Shown here one piece after another: positions 1 to 12,440 of a stretch of 64,000 bases of DNA; the stretch's first letter is position 1; every line of letters starts with the position of its first letter. This stretch comes from Eledone cirrhosa (lineage: Eukaryota): positions 27,218,001 to 27,282,000 of the forward strand of contig OZ024740.1 of assembly GCA_964016885.1 (NCBI GenBank), in the 5' to 3' direction. The notes under the pieces are model-generated. The model was not told where the DNA came from. It saw only the letters and a program-made list of their open reading frames with translations, and searched no databases. A program made the position numbers and the translations under genes.

Positions 1-720
1 TCCATAAAAACACTTATTAGCAATACATACCCTTTTCAAAGACCTCCCTGTATAGATAAGAAATGTATAACCTGTAAATTAAGCCCCCATATTAACTGTA
101 AAACTAGAAATGTAGTATATAGCATAAGATGTACTGAAGGACAATGTAGAGATAAGAATATAGTGTACATAGGTGAGACAGCTCGTAGTATAGGGAAACT
201 GATAAATGAATACTGGCGAGACCTTCAAGATAGTAAAGAATCATCTGTACTCTACCAACATACTAAAATAGAACATAAGATTAAATTAGAGAACATAGAA
301 ATACAAATAGAATCTACACACAGAAAAGATGCAATGTTTAGACAAATCACAGAGGCAACAAACATAAATGAGCTCCAACCAAATTTAAATAGAAAACATG
401 AATGGAACAGCAACATCACAACTTACAATTAAGGACAAAATGAAAACACACACGCACATAGAACAAACAACCAACCAGTAACATGTAAATAAACAAATAA
501 GAACTTTGACAATATATAAACAATCATCTGGTTGTGGAACCAACCAACCAACCGGAAATTTATAAATTCCTAAATTTATAAATTTATTATAATAAATTGA
601 AGTGAAAGCGCATGGTGCGTGTGTTTCTTATTGGCAACATGACCCTCCCAAAGTATAACAATATCGGTTTCAACACACGTTTTCAGATAAAGAATCTTGC
701 TAAACAAATTCAGAAACGAA
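1..720 (+). mobile_element. Penelope-like element (family A) 3' fragment: GIY-YIG endonuclease C-terminus (open frame 1..432) plus 3'UTR/pLTR
   Basis: Frame +1 reads ...CIDKKCITCK...NCKTRNVVYSIRC...YIGETARS...LYQH...EATNINELQPNLNR, a Cys-rich linker plus GIY-YIG motif. The 3'UTR matches 6736-7212 and 23345-24003 and ends in (TA)n. Confidence 0.85.
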
Positions 721-759
<39 letters not shown>

Positions 760-809
760 TATAGATATATATAAATGGAAAACATGAAATGTCATTTCTC
801 ACTTGCATA

Positions 810-921
<112 letters not shown>

Positions 922-949
922 TGTGTGCGTGCGTGTGTGTGTGTGTGTG

Positions 950-981
<32 letters not shown>

Positions 982-986
982 CGTGC

Positions 987-1032
<46 letters not shown>

Positions 1033-1113
1033 GTATATAGATATATATAAATGGAAAAAATGAAATTTCATTTCCCACTCTTAGTACGACTGATATTACA
1101 ATCAAACTATTGC

Positions 1114-1229
<116 letters not shown>

Positions 1230-1230
1230 T

Positions 1231-1300
1231 GCCTTGTCTGACGAACGAATGAGAACGTTTCTTGTATTCGTCTTATTCGGGAAACCTCTGGTAATGAGGT
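1231..1300 (+). ncRNA. Type I hammerhead ribozyme
   Basis: GCCTTGT-CTGACGA-[aCGAATGAGA...TCTTATTCGg]-GAAA-CCTCTGG-TA-ATGAGGT. Canonical core, stems I-III all pair, GUA cleavage triplet. Confidence 0.75.
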
Positions 1301-1325
1301 AATTATATTGTATTGCTTATTATAC

Positions 1326-1379
<54 letters not shown>

Positions 1380-1569
1380 AAAGTTGGACGGGAACAAAAA
1401 GAGAGAGGCAGACAAATAAAGGTTTATTAGGTTCACGCTCTTGAGAGTTAGGTTGGGGGGGGGGGATGCAATAGTTTGATTGTGCGAGTATTTCGATGTG
1501 TGGATTCATATATATATAAACTCTTTCATTCTTTTCCCTTCACCCTCTCCCACTACCTCTCTCTCTCTC

Positions 1570-1613
<44 letters not shown>

Positions 1614-2053
1614 GAAAGAAAGAGAGAGAATGAGTGCGAGGTGTGGGGGAGAAACAAAGAATTCTAGTTAGAAAGCGATATACATAGGTACTTTGTAATA
1701 ATACTGAAATATATTTGATAATGCTATATCAGCGAAATCTATTAATTTCCATGCAAACGATTTTTTCTATTTTAGTATATATTTCATATCTTTCGTCCCT
1801 CATCGTTTCCTATTTATATAGTTTTTCCACTCAGACTCACCGATTTATTCATGCATATGCCATTAACCCCAGCTGTTATCCCACTGTTATCCCATATTGC
1901 CTGCATTTTTTTTATATTGAATCCTCTTCTCGTACAGACCTAACGCATATGTGACACCATGAGTAACATGAATGGAAAGTATGTGGAAGTGATTTCGGAC
2001 GGTTATCGCGGGGAAGAGGCAGAAATATGAACTATTGTTTTGTGTGTGTGTGT

Positions 2054-2090
<37 letters not shown>

Positions 2091-2914
2091 AGTAAGTGTG
2101 TGTTTGTTTGAGTGTGTGTGTACATGTGTGTTTGTTTGAGTGTGTGTGTATGTCCGGAAAAAACTTTTCCAGCTGAGAAATTTCAGCGCCACCTGGTAGT
2201 CTCGTGATTATAACGTGGAATGAGCTGCATTACTCTCACTCACTCTCTACTCTCTCTAATTTCTCTCTCATTCTCTCTCTCTCTCTCTCATACACACTCA
2301 CACACGCACAAACACACACACACACACATACATACACTTACATGCAGGCACACACTAGGTCACATATTGCCAGTCTTTCAAGCGTCAGATTAAATGCCAT
2401 TCTGTTTTTATTGCTGCTCTAGCCCCCCCCCCTCTCTCTCTCCCTCTCCCTCTCTGGCAATTGAACCCCAAACCCTACTGAAGTAAGTTTAGACTTCCAT
2501 TCTTGCAGTGGTGATGTATAAAATACCTGATTTCTCTTCAGAAATATTGCCATAAGTTAGCAATGAAGATGTTATCAGTAAAACATTTTCCTCCTGAATC
2601 CAAGACACCTCCTTTGAAATGCAATCGTATACACACACACACACGCACACACACGTATATATATATATATATATCAACACACACACACACACACACACAT
2701 ATATATGTGTATATATATACGCAAATAAATGAATGAATGAAGGAGTTACAAGCCGTTAAAACAAGTTTTTATATTGCTCTTATATAAGTTTCACCCAGAT
2801 GGGCTCTTCAGGTAGATAATATGTATCGCACCTCTCTCTACTTCTCTGCATCCTCCTCGCTTACGGTACTTATACCCTATTATATATATATATATATATT
2901 TTTTTTTTCTCGAT

Positions 2915-3128
2915 GATCGACTTTCGCCAAATCGGACCGAGTAAACAATGTTTCCGTTGGTCTTTCCAATTGCTAATACTATCTATCGGTCGCAACTCCA
3001 GGTAGAAGGAGCAACGTGAAATAAAGTGTCTTGCTCAAGGACATAACGTATCACCGGTCCGGGAATCGAACTCACAACCTCAAGATTGCGAATCCAATCC
3101 TCTAACCACTCAGCCACACGCCTTCACA
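2915..3128 (-). mobile_element. tRNA-derived SINE (family B)
   Basis: Reverse strand has A/B-box-like TGGCTGAGTGG and GAGTTCGATTCCC followed by TCCTTGAGCAAGACACTTTATTTCACG. Near-identical to 43003-43212. Confidence 0.8.
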
Positions 3129-3341
3129 CCTTATATATATAAAGAGAGAGAGATAGGAGAGAGAGACAGAGAGAACGAGATATAGTTATATATATGGATT
3201 TACTGGTCTGTATTAGCTTCTTAATTCTTTTTCTTTGTGTCTCTGTCATCCCAGGGTATACGCCAGCATTACAGTGTGTGTAAAAATGTATGCATATGTA
3301 GATAATGTGTATATCTGTATATATATGAAATTAAGTATGTA

Positions 3342-3428
<87 letters not shown>

Positions 3429-3471
3429 GTGTGCGTGTGTGTGTGCGTGCGTGTTTGTGTGTGTGTGTGTG

Positions 3472-4495
3472 TATTACCTATAGGGGCCTACATCTTACGA
3501 CCGATTTTCATGAAACTTTACAGTCTCATAGATGAGTCATCGGGGAGTGTTTTCTATATATCAGCGTATCGTTTTCTTTTTTTATTCCGGGGTCATTCTG
3601 CAGATAAAAATAAGATTTTTGGCTCTAGCTCCCACATTTTGCCACCGATTTCGTTCCAATTTTAAAGCAAAATAGAATTTATCATTGCACATCCTTTAAT
3701 AGCTTTATATTTTGCATTTGTCGTCAGGGACGGCGTGGCAGCCGCTTAAATATTCAAAAATACCACTTTTAGACTCAAATTTCCACTTTTTCGGCTCTAG
3801 CTCCCACATTAATCAACCTACTTTGTTCAAAGTTTACACTACGCTAGATCTGATTATGTCACGTCTTAAAGTGGCTTTACATTTTGGATTTTTTGTTCAT
3901 GAACGGCGTGGCAACCGCTTAAATATTCGAAAATACCACCTTTTCGCTCAAATTTTCGCCTTTTCGGCTCTAGCTCCCACATTTTTCAACCGATTTCGTT
4001 CAAATTCGAAACTTAGGCTCCTCCTCACACGTAAATCAATTTATTTCGTTCAACTTTTATACTACGATAGAATCTATTATTGCACATCTTATAGCAGGTT
4101 TACACTTTGCATTTTTTGTTCAGGGACGGCGACCTATCTTTAGCTCCCACACCTTTCAACCGATTTCGTTCAATTTCGAAACTTCGGCTCGACCTCACAC
4201 ATAAATTAATTTATTTGGTGCAACTTTTATACTACGATAGAACCTATCATTGCACATCTTATAGTAGCTTTACACTTTGCATTTTTTGTTCAGGGATGGC
4301 GTGGCAGCCGTTTAACTCTTCAGAATACGATCTTTTCCACCTCCCATATATTCCATACGATTTCACTCAACATTTCGCCATTTATTACAACTTACGACCG
4401 ATTTTCAAGAAACTCGCAGTCGCTAAAATCAACACCTTTTCATCAAAGCAGATATTTTTTTACCTACCCAGGCAACGCTGGTTACTGCTGCTAGT
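3472..4495 (+). mobile_element. Non-autonomous Helitron/Helentron-like element with internal tandem repeats
   Basis: The 3' end has a short GC hairpin (CCAG-GCAACG-CTGG) followed by CTAGT. Internal repeats start with (GG)CTCTAGCTCCCACA..ACCGATTTCGTTC at ~3621, 3793, 3967 and 4140. The 5' boundary is uncertain because of the adjacent (TG)n. Confidence 0.55.
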
Positions 4496-4564
4496 ATATA
4501 TATATATATAGTGAAAGAGTGAAGAATAACATGATCGGCTGTACACAAAGGGTTTTATTTACAG

Positions 4565-4672
4565 TATTAACAATTGTTTCATTGATCAGGTGAGTCTAAA
4601 GGTCGCTAATCACTCGAAGTTGCGTCACTCGACCTAAATAGAGTGTGTGTCTCTGATCAAATCATCGGAATA
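4565..4672 (-). ncRNA. Type I hammerhead ribozyme with long stem II and U4C core
   Basis: Reverse complement reads TATT-CCGATGA-TTTGATCAG...CTGATCAAT-GAAA-CAATTG-TT-AATA. Palindromic stem III, GUU triplet. Confidence 0.6.
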
Positions 4673-4857
4673 GTATTCAATAAAAAACCTGCATGGGAAT
4701 TTTCGCAAACTCGCTACCTAACTAAGGAAACCTCTTGTTGAGTCAAACAACGCCGTACGTTAAAACTATCCATAGTACGGAGTACTCACAACCTCTAACT
4801 GGATTTCCTAAAACGATAATTTGTTATCCCATATGTATATATATATATATATATTAT

Positions 4858-5104
<247 letters not shown>

Positions 5105-5106
5105 GA

Positions 5107-6707
5107 GTATTTACGTATCGAGAGAGAGAAAAGGAGGGATAGGTGATACATGTAGTTATACGCCAAATAGCGTATGCAGAAGCTGCTCAATGCTAGTGCC
5201 GGCAGTGTTAAATATTAGAAGTGTTAATATTTAGTGGGCGTGAGAATTAGCAGAGCGTAAGCACGTGGAAAAATAAGAAATGGGAGAACAGACCATTAAT
5301 ACATGTTTATTTAAAACAGCACCTACGTACGTTTCGCCCGGGTGGGCTTCTCAAGAGCATAAATAACTAAAAAGTGTTCCTTACATGGCCCGGAAAGTGT
5401 TTTTGGAGATATGTTCACGTCAGAGTTCATTCTTCGCAAAAAGCGTGTTTTGGTTTTGCAGTAGGTCAAGGGAGGTAACTCTGGCCTGTGTTAGGGCAGT
5501 CTTTCTCGGACAAATTTTTTATCCGTTACAAGATGTGGTTACAACCTTACCATTGTCGATACGCACAGGGTCAGATAAGCAACGTTTGTTTTGAGACGTA
5601 TGTTAACTGCACCTGCCCGCCTGGATGATTTAAAGCTGTGTCTGGGATGCATGGTTACTTTCCGGATGTTTTTTGCAGCGCCTGCCCGCCGGGGTGTTAA
5701 AGCTTGTTGCATCCTTATCCCATCTGAAGAAGGATTTTTTAAGCGATGCGTACAGCTTACCGTCTTTTCAGCTCTGCTGTTGATGAGCTCGTGGCGTGCC
5801 GTTATAATGTGGTAGAGCTCCATGAGGCAAAGATCGCACTTCCTCTTGAAGTTCTACGGTGCAGCGCTGCCGACAATATCCCAGTGCGTGAAGAAGCTGA
5901 TGTTTAAGTCTTTTAATGATGTGATGTAGTCCGCGAGCGAAGTGGAGTGTCTTAATTTCTTGTTTGTGAAAGAGTGGAGATGTGTTCGAAATCTAATTTT
6001 GAACAGGCCAGAGGTAGCCCCTATATAATGTTTAACGCTATTGTGGCTAGTTACAGTGCACCTATATATAACCCTATCAGTCAAGCAGTATCCCCTAAGG
6101 GGGCAGCGTCCCCTGTCGCGGCAGTTGCAATTTCGGTCGCGGTCCCTTCTAATTCTCACGGTAAGGCTATCACGGTATTGCTATCTACGTTGTTATCTAC
6201 GCTCCCGGACCTGTCGTTAGCACCATTATAACCCACTGTGCGCGGGGTGGTACCATTATTATTCCGCACGTCATATCCTGCATGTTCCCCAGTTATGTCG
6301 CGGTTATGATGGTTGCGTCTGTAGAGGCTGTTGCCAGTACTATTGGATGCTGCTAGGGAGTCATTAAGGCCGATAGAGTTATTGTCAGATGTATGTGCGT
6401 CTGTGCTAAGGTGCTGTGTCTTGGTGATCTTACTGTGATTAGTTGTTCCTATGATGTCTGCTAGGTTAGGAGTAGTAGAGAAGGATATTTTTATATTGTT
6501 CCTATTAAGGATGTTTCTATACCTATGGATGGGTGGGAAGTTCTTCTCTAAGGCTTCGAAGAATATAGGGGGGGGGGGAGGCCACACTCCGAGAGTAGGG
6601 GGATGGAACCATAGGACGTTACGGCGGCGATTACGTGTCCTTGTACGTTTGCTACGGGTGGTTCCATGAGCGTGACCGTTCCTATGCATGTTAATGCGCT
6701 GTAGCGA
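5107..6707 (-). mobile_element. Naiad-like PLE (second family), 5'-truncated, with a disrupted GIY-YIG coding region and 3'UTR
   Basis: Broken ORFs 6156-6689, 5854-6159 and 5539-5823 give RNVLWFHPP..FPPIHRY..LNRNNIKISFSTTPNL; CNCRDRGRCPLRGYC..VIYRC..YIGAT..FKIRFRTH; WDIV..CDLCLME. Contains frameshifts and a TAG stop. Confidence 0.85.
5319..5360 (-). ncRNA. Candidate type I hammerhead with U3-A8 covariant core
   Basis: Reverse complement reads ATGCTC-TTGAGAA-GCCC-ACCC-GGGC-GAAA-CGTACG-TA-GGTGC. Stem I is imperfect. Confidence 0.5.
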
Positions 6708-7206
6708 GTAATTCTTTTATGTTTATTGCCTCTGTGCAATAAACATAAAAGAATTACAACCAAAATTAAATAGAAAATATGAGTGGAACAGCAACATCGC
6801 AACTTACAATTAAGGACAAAATGAAAACACACACACACATAGAACAAACAAACAAACAGTAACATGTAAATAAACAAATAAATAAATGAACATAAACACA
6901 CACAGACACCCGGATGTGGCGCATGCGCAGACTGAGCACACAACACACACACAGAAACAAAATGGCGTAGGACAGAACAAAGGAGAGGCACAAAAACAAA
7001 GAAAGGAATCCCCAGTCACTGAAGAGGTCACAGAGTGTGTGACGAAAGAACTATGACAATATATAAACAACTATTTGGTTGTGGAACCAACCAACCAACC
7101 AGAAATTTATAAATTTATAAATTTATTATAAATTTATTATAATAAATTGAAGTGAAAGCTGCTGGTGCGTGTGTTTCTTATTGGCAACATGACCCTCCCA
7201 AAGTAT

Positions 7207-7212
<6 letters not shown>
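6708..7212 (+). mobile_element. PLE family A pLTR/3' fragment with a short 5' fold-back
   Basis: Matches 355-660 and 23537-24003. Hairpin at 6708-6757. Ends in (TA)n. Confidence 0.8.
7015..7057 (+). ncRNA. Minimal type I hammerhead ribozyme (PLE family A)
   Basis: GTCA-CTGAAGA-g-GTCACA-GAGTG-TGTGAC-GAAA-GAAC-TA-TGAC. Confidence 0.65.
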
Positions 7213-7302
<90 letters not shown>

Positions 7303-7409
7303 ATAATAATAAATTTGAAGACTAAAATCCAAAGAAGGCTGGATAAGGATAAATATATATCAAATGTATAAGAACCGTAGAGCAAATATTTATTAAAATA
7401 ACAGATTAA

Positions 7410-7460
7410 AGTTTAAGCAAAGAATCGCTGCTTTCACCCTTAACGGGATCTTCTGAAACT
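7410..7460 (-). ncRNA. Hammerhead variant (CAGAAGA core) in the Naiad-like pLTR
   Basis: Reverse complement reads AGTTT-CAGAAGA-TCCC-GTTAA-GGGT-GAAA-GCAG-CGATTCT-TTGC-TT-AAACT. Confidence 0.6.
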
Positions 7461-8387
7461 AACAAAGTCAATCTGTAAACGCAGAACTGTATATTTCAAA
7501 AAACGTTGCAACCGGAGGAAGACAGGAAGACGATACTTTGGTTCGTGGAAATGTTCGCTGGCAAAGAACGGGAAAAAACGAATATAATACGTCATTAATA
7601 GGAGCGGTGAAAAACAATTACGCGCAAAGACAGAACCACGTTTATGGTATAAAAGAGATCGTAGACTAATGTTCTCTTAGGTGGTGCATAGAGACGTTCT
7701 CTGGCAATGAACGAAAAAACGAAGATAATACGTCATATGTGGAGCGTGGAGAACAATAGCACGCAAAGACAAAACACGTAAATGGTATAGCAGAAGTCGT
7801 AGACTAAAATTCTAACAAGCAGACCAAATGAATCACCGCTACAGAGTAAAGAACAAAGTAAATAAATACAATACAGAAGTAATAGAAATAAATAAATGCA
7901 TACACGCAAACAAATACGTACATACACGAGCATACGCAAAAACTTACCATAAGTATACAAAACCCCGCACATATAAATATGTGTGTGTGCATGTGTGTAT
8001 ACAAATAAATAAATAATTACATAAACATATATAGATAAATAAATACGTATATAACAAGCGCACACACATACCTTCATATAAACACACGAATGTTCGGAGA
8101 CGTAAGTCAACCAAAACATGAAGTACACATATACACACACCCGCCATACGTACGAACCTGCATACTCACACGGACGCAAAACTCACGTATACACATAGCC
8201 AAACCATATGTACCAGAATATATGAAAAATTATACGCCATACCAATCAAGTATGCATACGAGAAGGTACACGTACCTTCACAAAACATACGGGTAATATA
8301 TACTTACCTATGCAAATAAGTAAAGGTATAAACAAAACATATACGTAGCTCCCACATCAAGACGTAAAATATCCACGTATAGATCGT

Positions 8388-10235
8388 ACTATCCGTTAGG
8401 GTATAACGTGGGGCTGTAATACAGGAAAGTTTTGTGCAATTTATGTTTACAAGCCGAAATTGCCTCAGCTTTTTGTTTAAGATGTGGTCTGTGGCGTAGA
8501 GTATTTCCAGGGCCTCAGCGGCGCAGAGGTCACATGGTCTTTTATTTCCGTTATACGATCTAGCCATAGCTAGGATCTCCCAGTGTAACTTATATTGGGT
8601 GTGGTTGTCTTTTAGACTCCAGATATAAGCTGAAAGTGACGTCATATTCCTTCTAAGAGGGCAACGAAAAGAATGGGTATGCATGTAAAGACGCTGCTTG
8701 AAACTATTGGCGCTTAACCCTATGTAGGCCCTACGGGACGTGGGTGTTACAACCTTACATTTGTAGACAATGTTACTAGAGAGGCATTTCCCGGATAGGG
8801 GGCAATCAGCCCGATTGCTGCAATTACAGTTAGTACTAGCTACAGGGTTGCACGTGTTTCTACGGCTAGGTAGTTTAGCTAAATTTGAAGCTGTGATGTT
8901 ATGTGCAAGGTTAGGAGTCGTAGAGTAAGAAATTTTAATAGTATTTCTATTAAAAATTTTACTATATTTATGTGTAGGGGGAAAATGCTTCGTAATAAGG
9001 GAAAGAAAGATCTTAGCTAATGGTGTGGCCACCTCCATATTATATGGTGGGTTATATCAACAAATGCGACGGGGTCTATTACTTCTAGGTCTATTATCGT
9101 ACTCTGTATATGCTACCTTATCGACAAATCCACTTCGAGCAAGAGCTTCATTGTAATAAGTGAAATGGTCGTTGAAAATACGTTCGTTGGTGGAAAGACG
9201 GGAAAGCCTCAACGAAACGTTTCTTACCAGGTTCTTGGTTATGCTGGCAGGATGGTTGGAATGCTTACTTATGTAATTAAGCGTATCATTCGGCTTTCTA
9301 TACGGGTAATACAACCCATTCAATAAATTGAGCGTAACGTCGAGGTAATTAACGACCGAGAGATTGGCCTCAACCTGTATAGAGAGGTTGAAGCCTTTAA
9401 AGAAGGCTGTGAGTTCTTTTCTGAACCTGTCGCAAGCACGAGGTCCGCATTTAGTCATGGTCAAAAGACCATCGTCACGGTACAAACCACCGCCCGCGTT
9501 GGGGAATTCGTCCTTGATAGAGAAAAGAAGGAAAAGGCCAATAAGATCAGTAACCTCCGCAGAATCACTGGAGCCCATACTCACGTCGAATGGGGTACTA
9601 TTGGATTTTTTAATCCAAATAGATTCGTCGAAATTAATCACCGACTTTCGGGCATTGAGGATGACATCAACTTCGAAATCCTTAACCACTGTGAGTGTTT
9701 TAGCGAAATTGATAGCACTAAGGAGGAGTGGTAAAGTGATGGAGGAGTAGTAATTGTTGATGTCGAATTGGATAAAACGGCAATGTTCCTTGTTACATAT
9801 GCCGTTGAACCAATCAATCACCGCGAAAGAATTGTTCCACAGTGCAAGAGGGGCCAAGCTTCTAATTTCAGGTATTATTCTATCAAGAATCGTTTTACTA
9901 AGTCTACCTAAATCGGACTTCGTAGGGTTAATAAGCCGAATAGAGGGGTTGTTCGGAAAATTGGATTTGTGATCCTTCAGGGTAAAGTGGGGAGAAATAG
10001 GGTCCCGAGGTTCGGTCCGGTCCAGGATGTTGAGATCAGATGTGATTTTAAACCCAGCATCGTTGATTTCATTGATGACGCACCGATTAGTTTTACGGTA
10101 ATCCTTGGTTACAGCAATATGTAGTAGTTGATGGTAATTACTGCGCTCCACTTGATATAGGTTGCCAGTTTTGTCGGAATGTACGTGCACGGCATTTGAA
10201 TCCTTAATAGAACGAATTCTATTCTTCAGGTCTTG
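8388..10235 (-). pseudogene. PLE reverse transcriptase-GIY-YIG endonuclease polyprotein, truncated and disrupted
   Basis: Motifs SDKTGN, IRLINP, FIQFDINNYY, FDVSMGS, LYRDDGL, YLDVTL, CNC..CPLSGKC..IVYKC..YIGLS, CDLC..E. ORFs 9057-10190 and 8304-9038 are in frame, split by one TGA. A 1-nt frameshift near 8470 is evident against the inverted copy (10233-10484). Confidence 0.9.
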
Positions 10236-10854
10236 CTTTCAGCTTATATCTGGAGTCTAAAAGACAACCACACCCAATATAAGTTACACTGGGAGATCCT
10301 AGCTAGGGCTAGATCGTATAACGGAAATAAAAGACCATGTGACCTCTGCGCCGCTGAGGCCCTGGAAATACTCTACGCCACAGACCACATCTTAGACAAA
10401 AAATCTGAGGCAATTTCGGCTTGTAAACATAAATTGCACAAAACTTTCCTGTATTACAGCCCCCCGTTATACCCTAACGGATAGTACGATCTATACGTGG
10501 ATATTTTACGTCTTGATGTGGGAGCTAAGTATATGTTTTGTTTATACCTTTACTTATTTGCATAGGTAAGTATATATTACCCGTATGTTTTGTGAAGGTA
10601 CGTGTACCTTCTCGTATGCATACTTGATTGGTATGGCGTATAATTTTTTATATATTCTGGTACATATGGTTTGGCTATGTGTATACGGGAGTTTTGCGTC
10701 CGTGTGAGTATGCAGGTTCGTACGTATGGCGGGTGTGTGTATATGTGTACTTCATGTTTTGGTTGACTTACGTCTCCGAACATTCGTGTGTTTATATGAA
10801 GGTATGTGTGTGCGCTTGTTATATACGTATTTATTTATCTATATATGTTTATAT

Positions 10855-11803
10855 TCCCAATCTCTGCTCCCAAATACAGGAAGTCCTCAACCAATTCCAG
10901 CGGCTTCCCGCCTACATTAGTCATCCCCTCTGGCTTCTCAACATTCTCCACCAGATATTTTGTTTTAGTCTCATTCATTCTCAGCCCCACACTCATCGAC
11001 ACAGTCTCAACCTCCCACATCAAATCCTCTGCCTCCTTCACTGTATCTGTCACCAAAACTATGTCGTCGGCAAATTCAGCATCCGATACCTTTTTTGCCC
11101 CAACTCTCCTGCTCTGAGCCGGTGCTACAGTAAAGCCAGAGTCCTGGTGTTTCTCCAGTGCAAGGCGCATACAATAGTCCACTACGATGACAAAAAGGTA
11201 GGGAGCCAATGTATCTCCCTGGAGCACTCCAGCCAGTATCTCAAAGAATTCTGTCATCCCATCAGATGATGTGGTTGAGAGGAAGAGCAAGGCCTGGGCG
11301 GCGTGCCACAGCTTGAGATCGGTGTGGAAGTCGGACCTTCGTAGAGACCTGAAAATCCGCCTCTTCATTGCTGTAGTGGAGTCTGTGCTGCTGTGTGGGT
11401 CTGACACTTGGACACTGACCAAGAAACTCACTCAGATGGTGGATGGGTGCTACACGAGAATGCTGAGGATGGCTCTGAACATTAATCAGTATACACTGAG
11501 GATGAAAAACTCAGAGCTGTATGGGAGCATCCCAAAAGTCAGCTCAAAAGTGACACAGAGGAGACTGAGGTTGGCTGGACATGCTCACCGACATCCAGAG
11601 TTGACATTGCACTCAGTGCTCCTTTGGGAGGCCCTACATGGACACACTGGAAGAGGAAGACCAAGGTTAACATATGTTGATGCCCTAAGGACAGACACTG
11701 GTCTGTTGGAGATGCAGGATATGGCAGCGATAATGAGGGACAGAGACCGCTGGAGAGAACTCGTCCATGGATCTCGGGAATTTTACCCGCCATAGATAGA
11801 TAG
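10855..11803 (+). mobile_element. RTE-clade LINE, 5'-truncated with 5' inversion, nested in the PLE pLTR
   Basis: Minus segment 10855-~11268 encodes GVLQGDTLAPYLF..FADD..YLGAEIG. Plus segment ~11268-11795 encodes RKSKAWAACH..KIRLF..GRGRP. (ATAG)n tail. Target-site duplication ATGTTTATAT at 10845-10854 and 11804-11813. Confidence 0.9.
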
Positions 11804-12373
11804 ATGTTTATATAATTATTTATTTATTTGTATACACACATACACACACACACATATTTATATGTGCGGGGTTTTGTATACTTATGGTAAGTTTTTGCGT
11901 ATGCTCGTGTATGTACGTATTTGTTTGCGTGTATGTATTTATTTATTTCTATTACTTCTGTATTGTATGTATTTACTTTGTTCTTAACTCTGTAGCGGTG
12001 ATTCATTTGGTCTGCTTGTTAGAATTTTAGTCTACGACTTCTGCTATACCATTTACGTGTTTTGTCTTTGCGTGCTATTGTTCTCTACGCTCCACATATG
12101 ACGTATTATCTTCTTTTTTTCGTTCATTGCCAGAGAACGTCTCTATGCACCACCTAAGAGAACATTAGTCTACGACCTCTTTTATACCATAAACGTGGTT
12201 CTGTCTTTGCGCGTAATTGTTTTTCACCGCTCCTATTAATGACGTATTATATTCGTTTTTTCCCGTTCTTTGCCAGGGAACGTTTCCACGAACCAAAGTA
12301 TCGTCTTCCTGTCTTCCTCCGGTTGCAACGTTTTTTGAAATATCCAGTCCTGCGTTTACAGATTGACTTTGTT

Positions 12374-12424
12374 AGTTTCAGAAGATCCCGTTAAGGGTGA
12401 AAGCAGCGATTCTTTGCTTAAACT
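12374..12424 (+). ncRNA. Hammerhead variant (CAGAAGA core) in the inverted pLTR
   Basis: Same sequence as 7410-7460 on the opposite strand. Confidence 0.6.
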
Positions 12425-12440
12425 TTAATCTGTTATTTTA

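Noticed and set aside
2775-2815. Minus-strand CTGAAGA-GCCC-ATCT-GGGT-GAAA-CTTATATAAG hammerhead-like motif
   Set aside because: No NUH site or stem I partner follows. It is a decayed remnant at best.
9057-9059. In-frame TGA as selenocysteine
   Set aside because: It aligns with a conserved Trp (W-Y/F-x-PP), not Cys, and I identified no SECIS.
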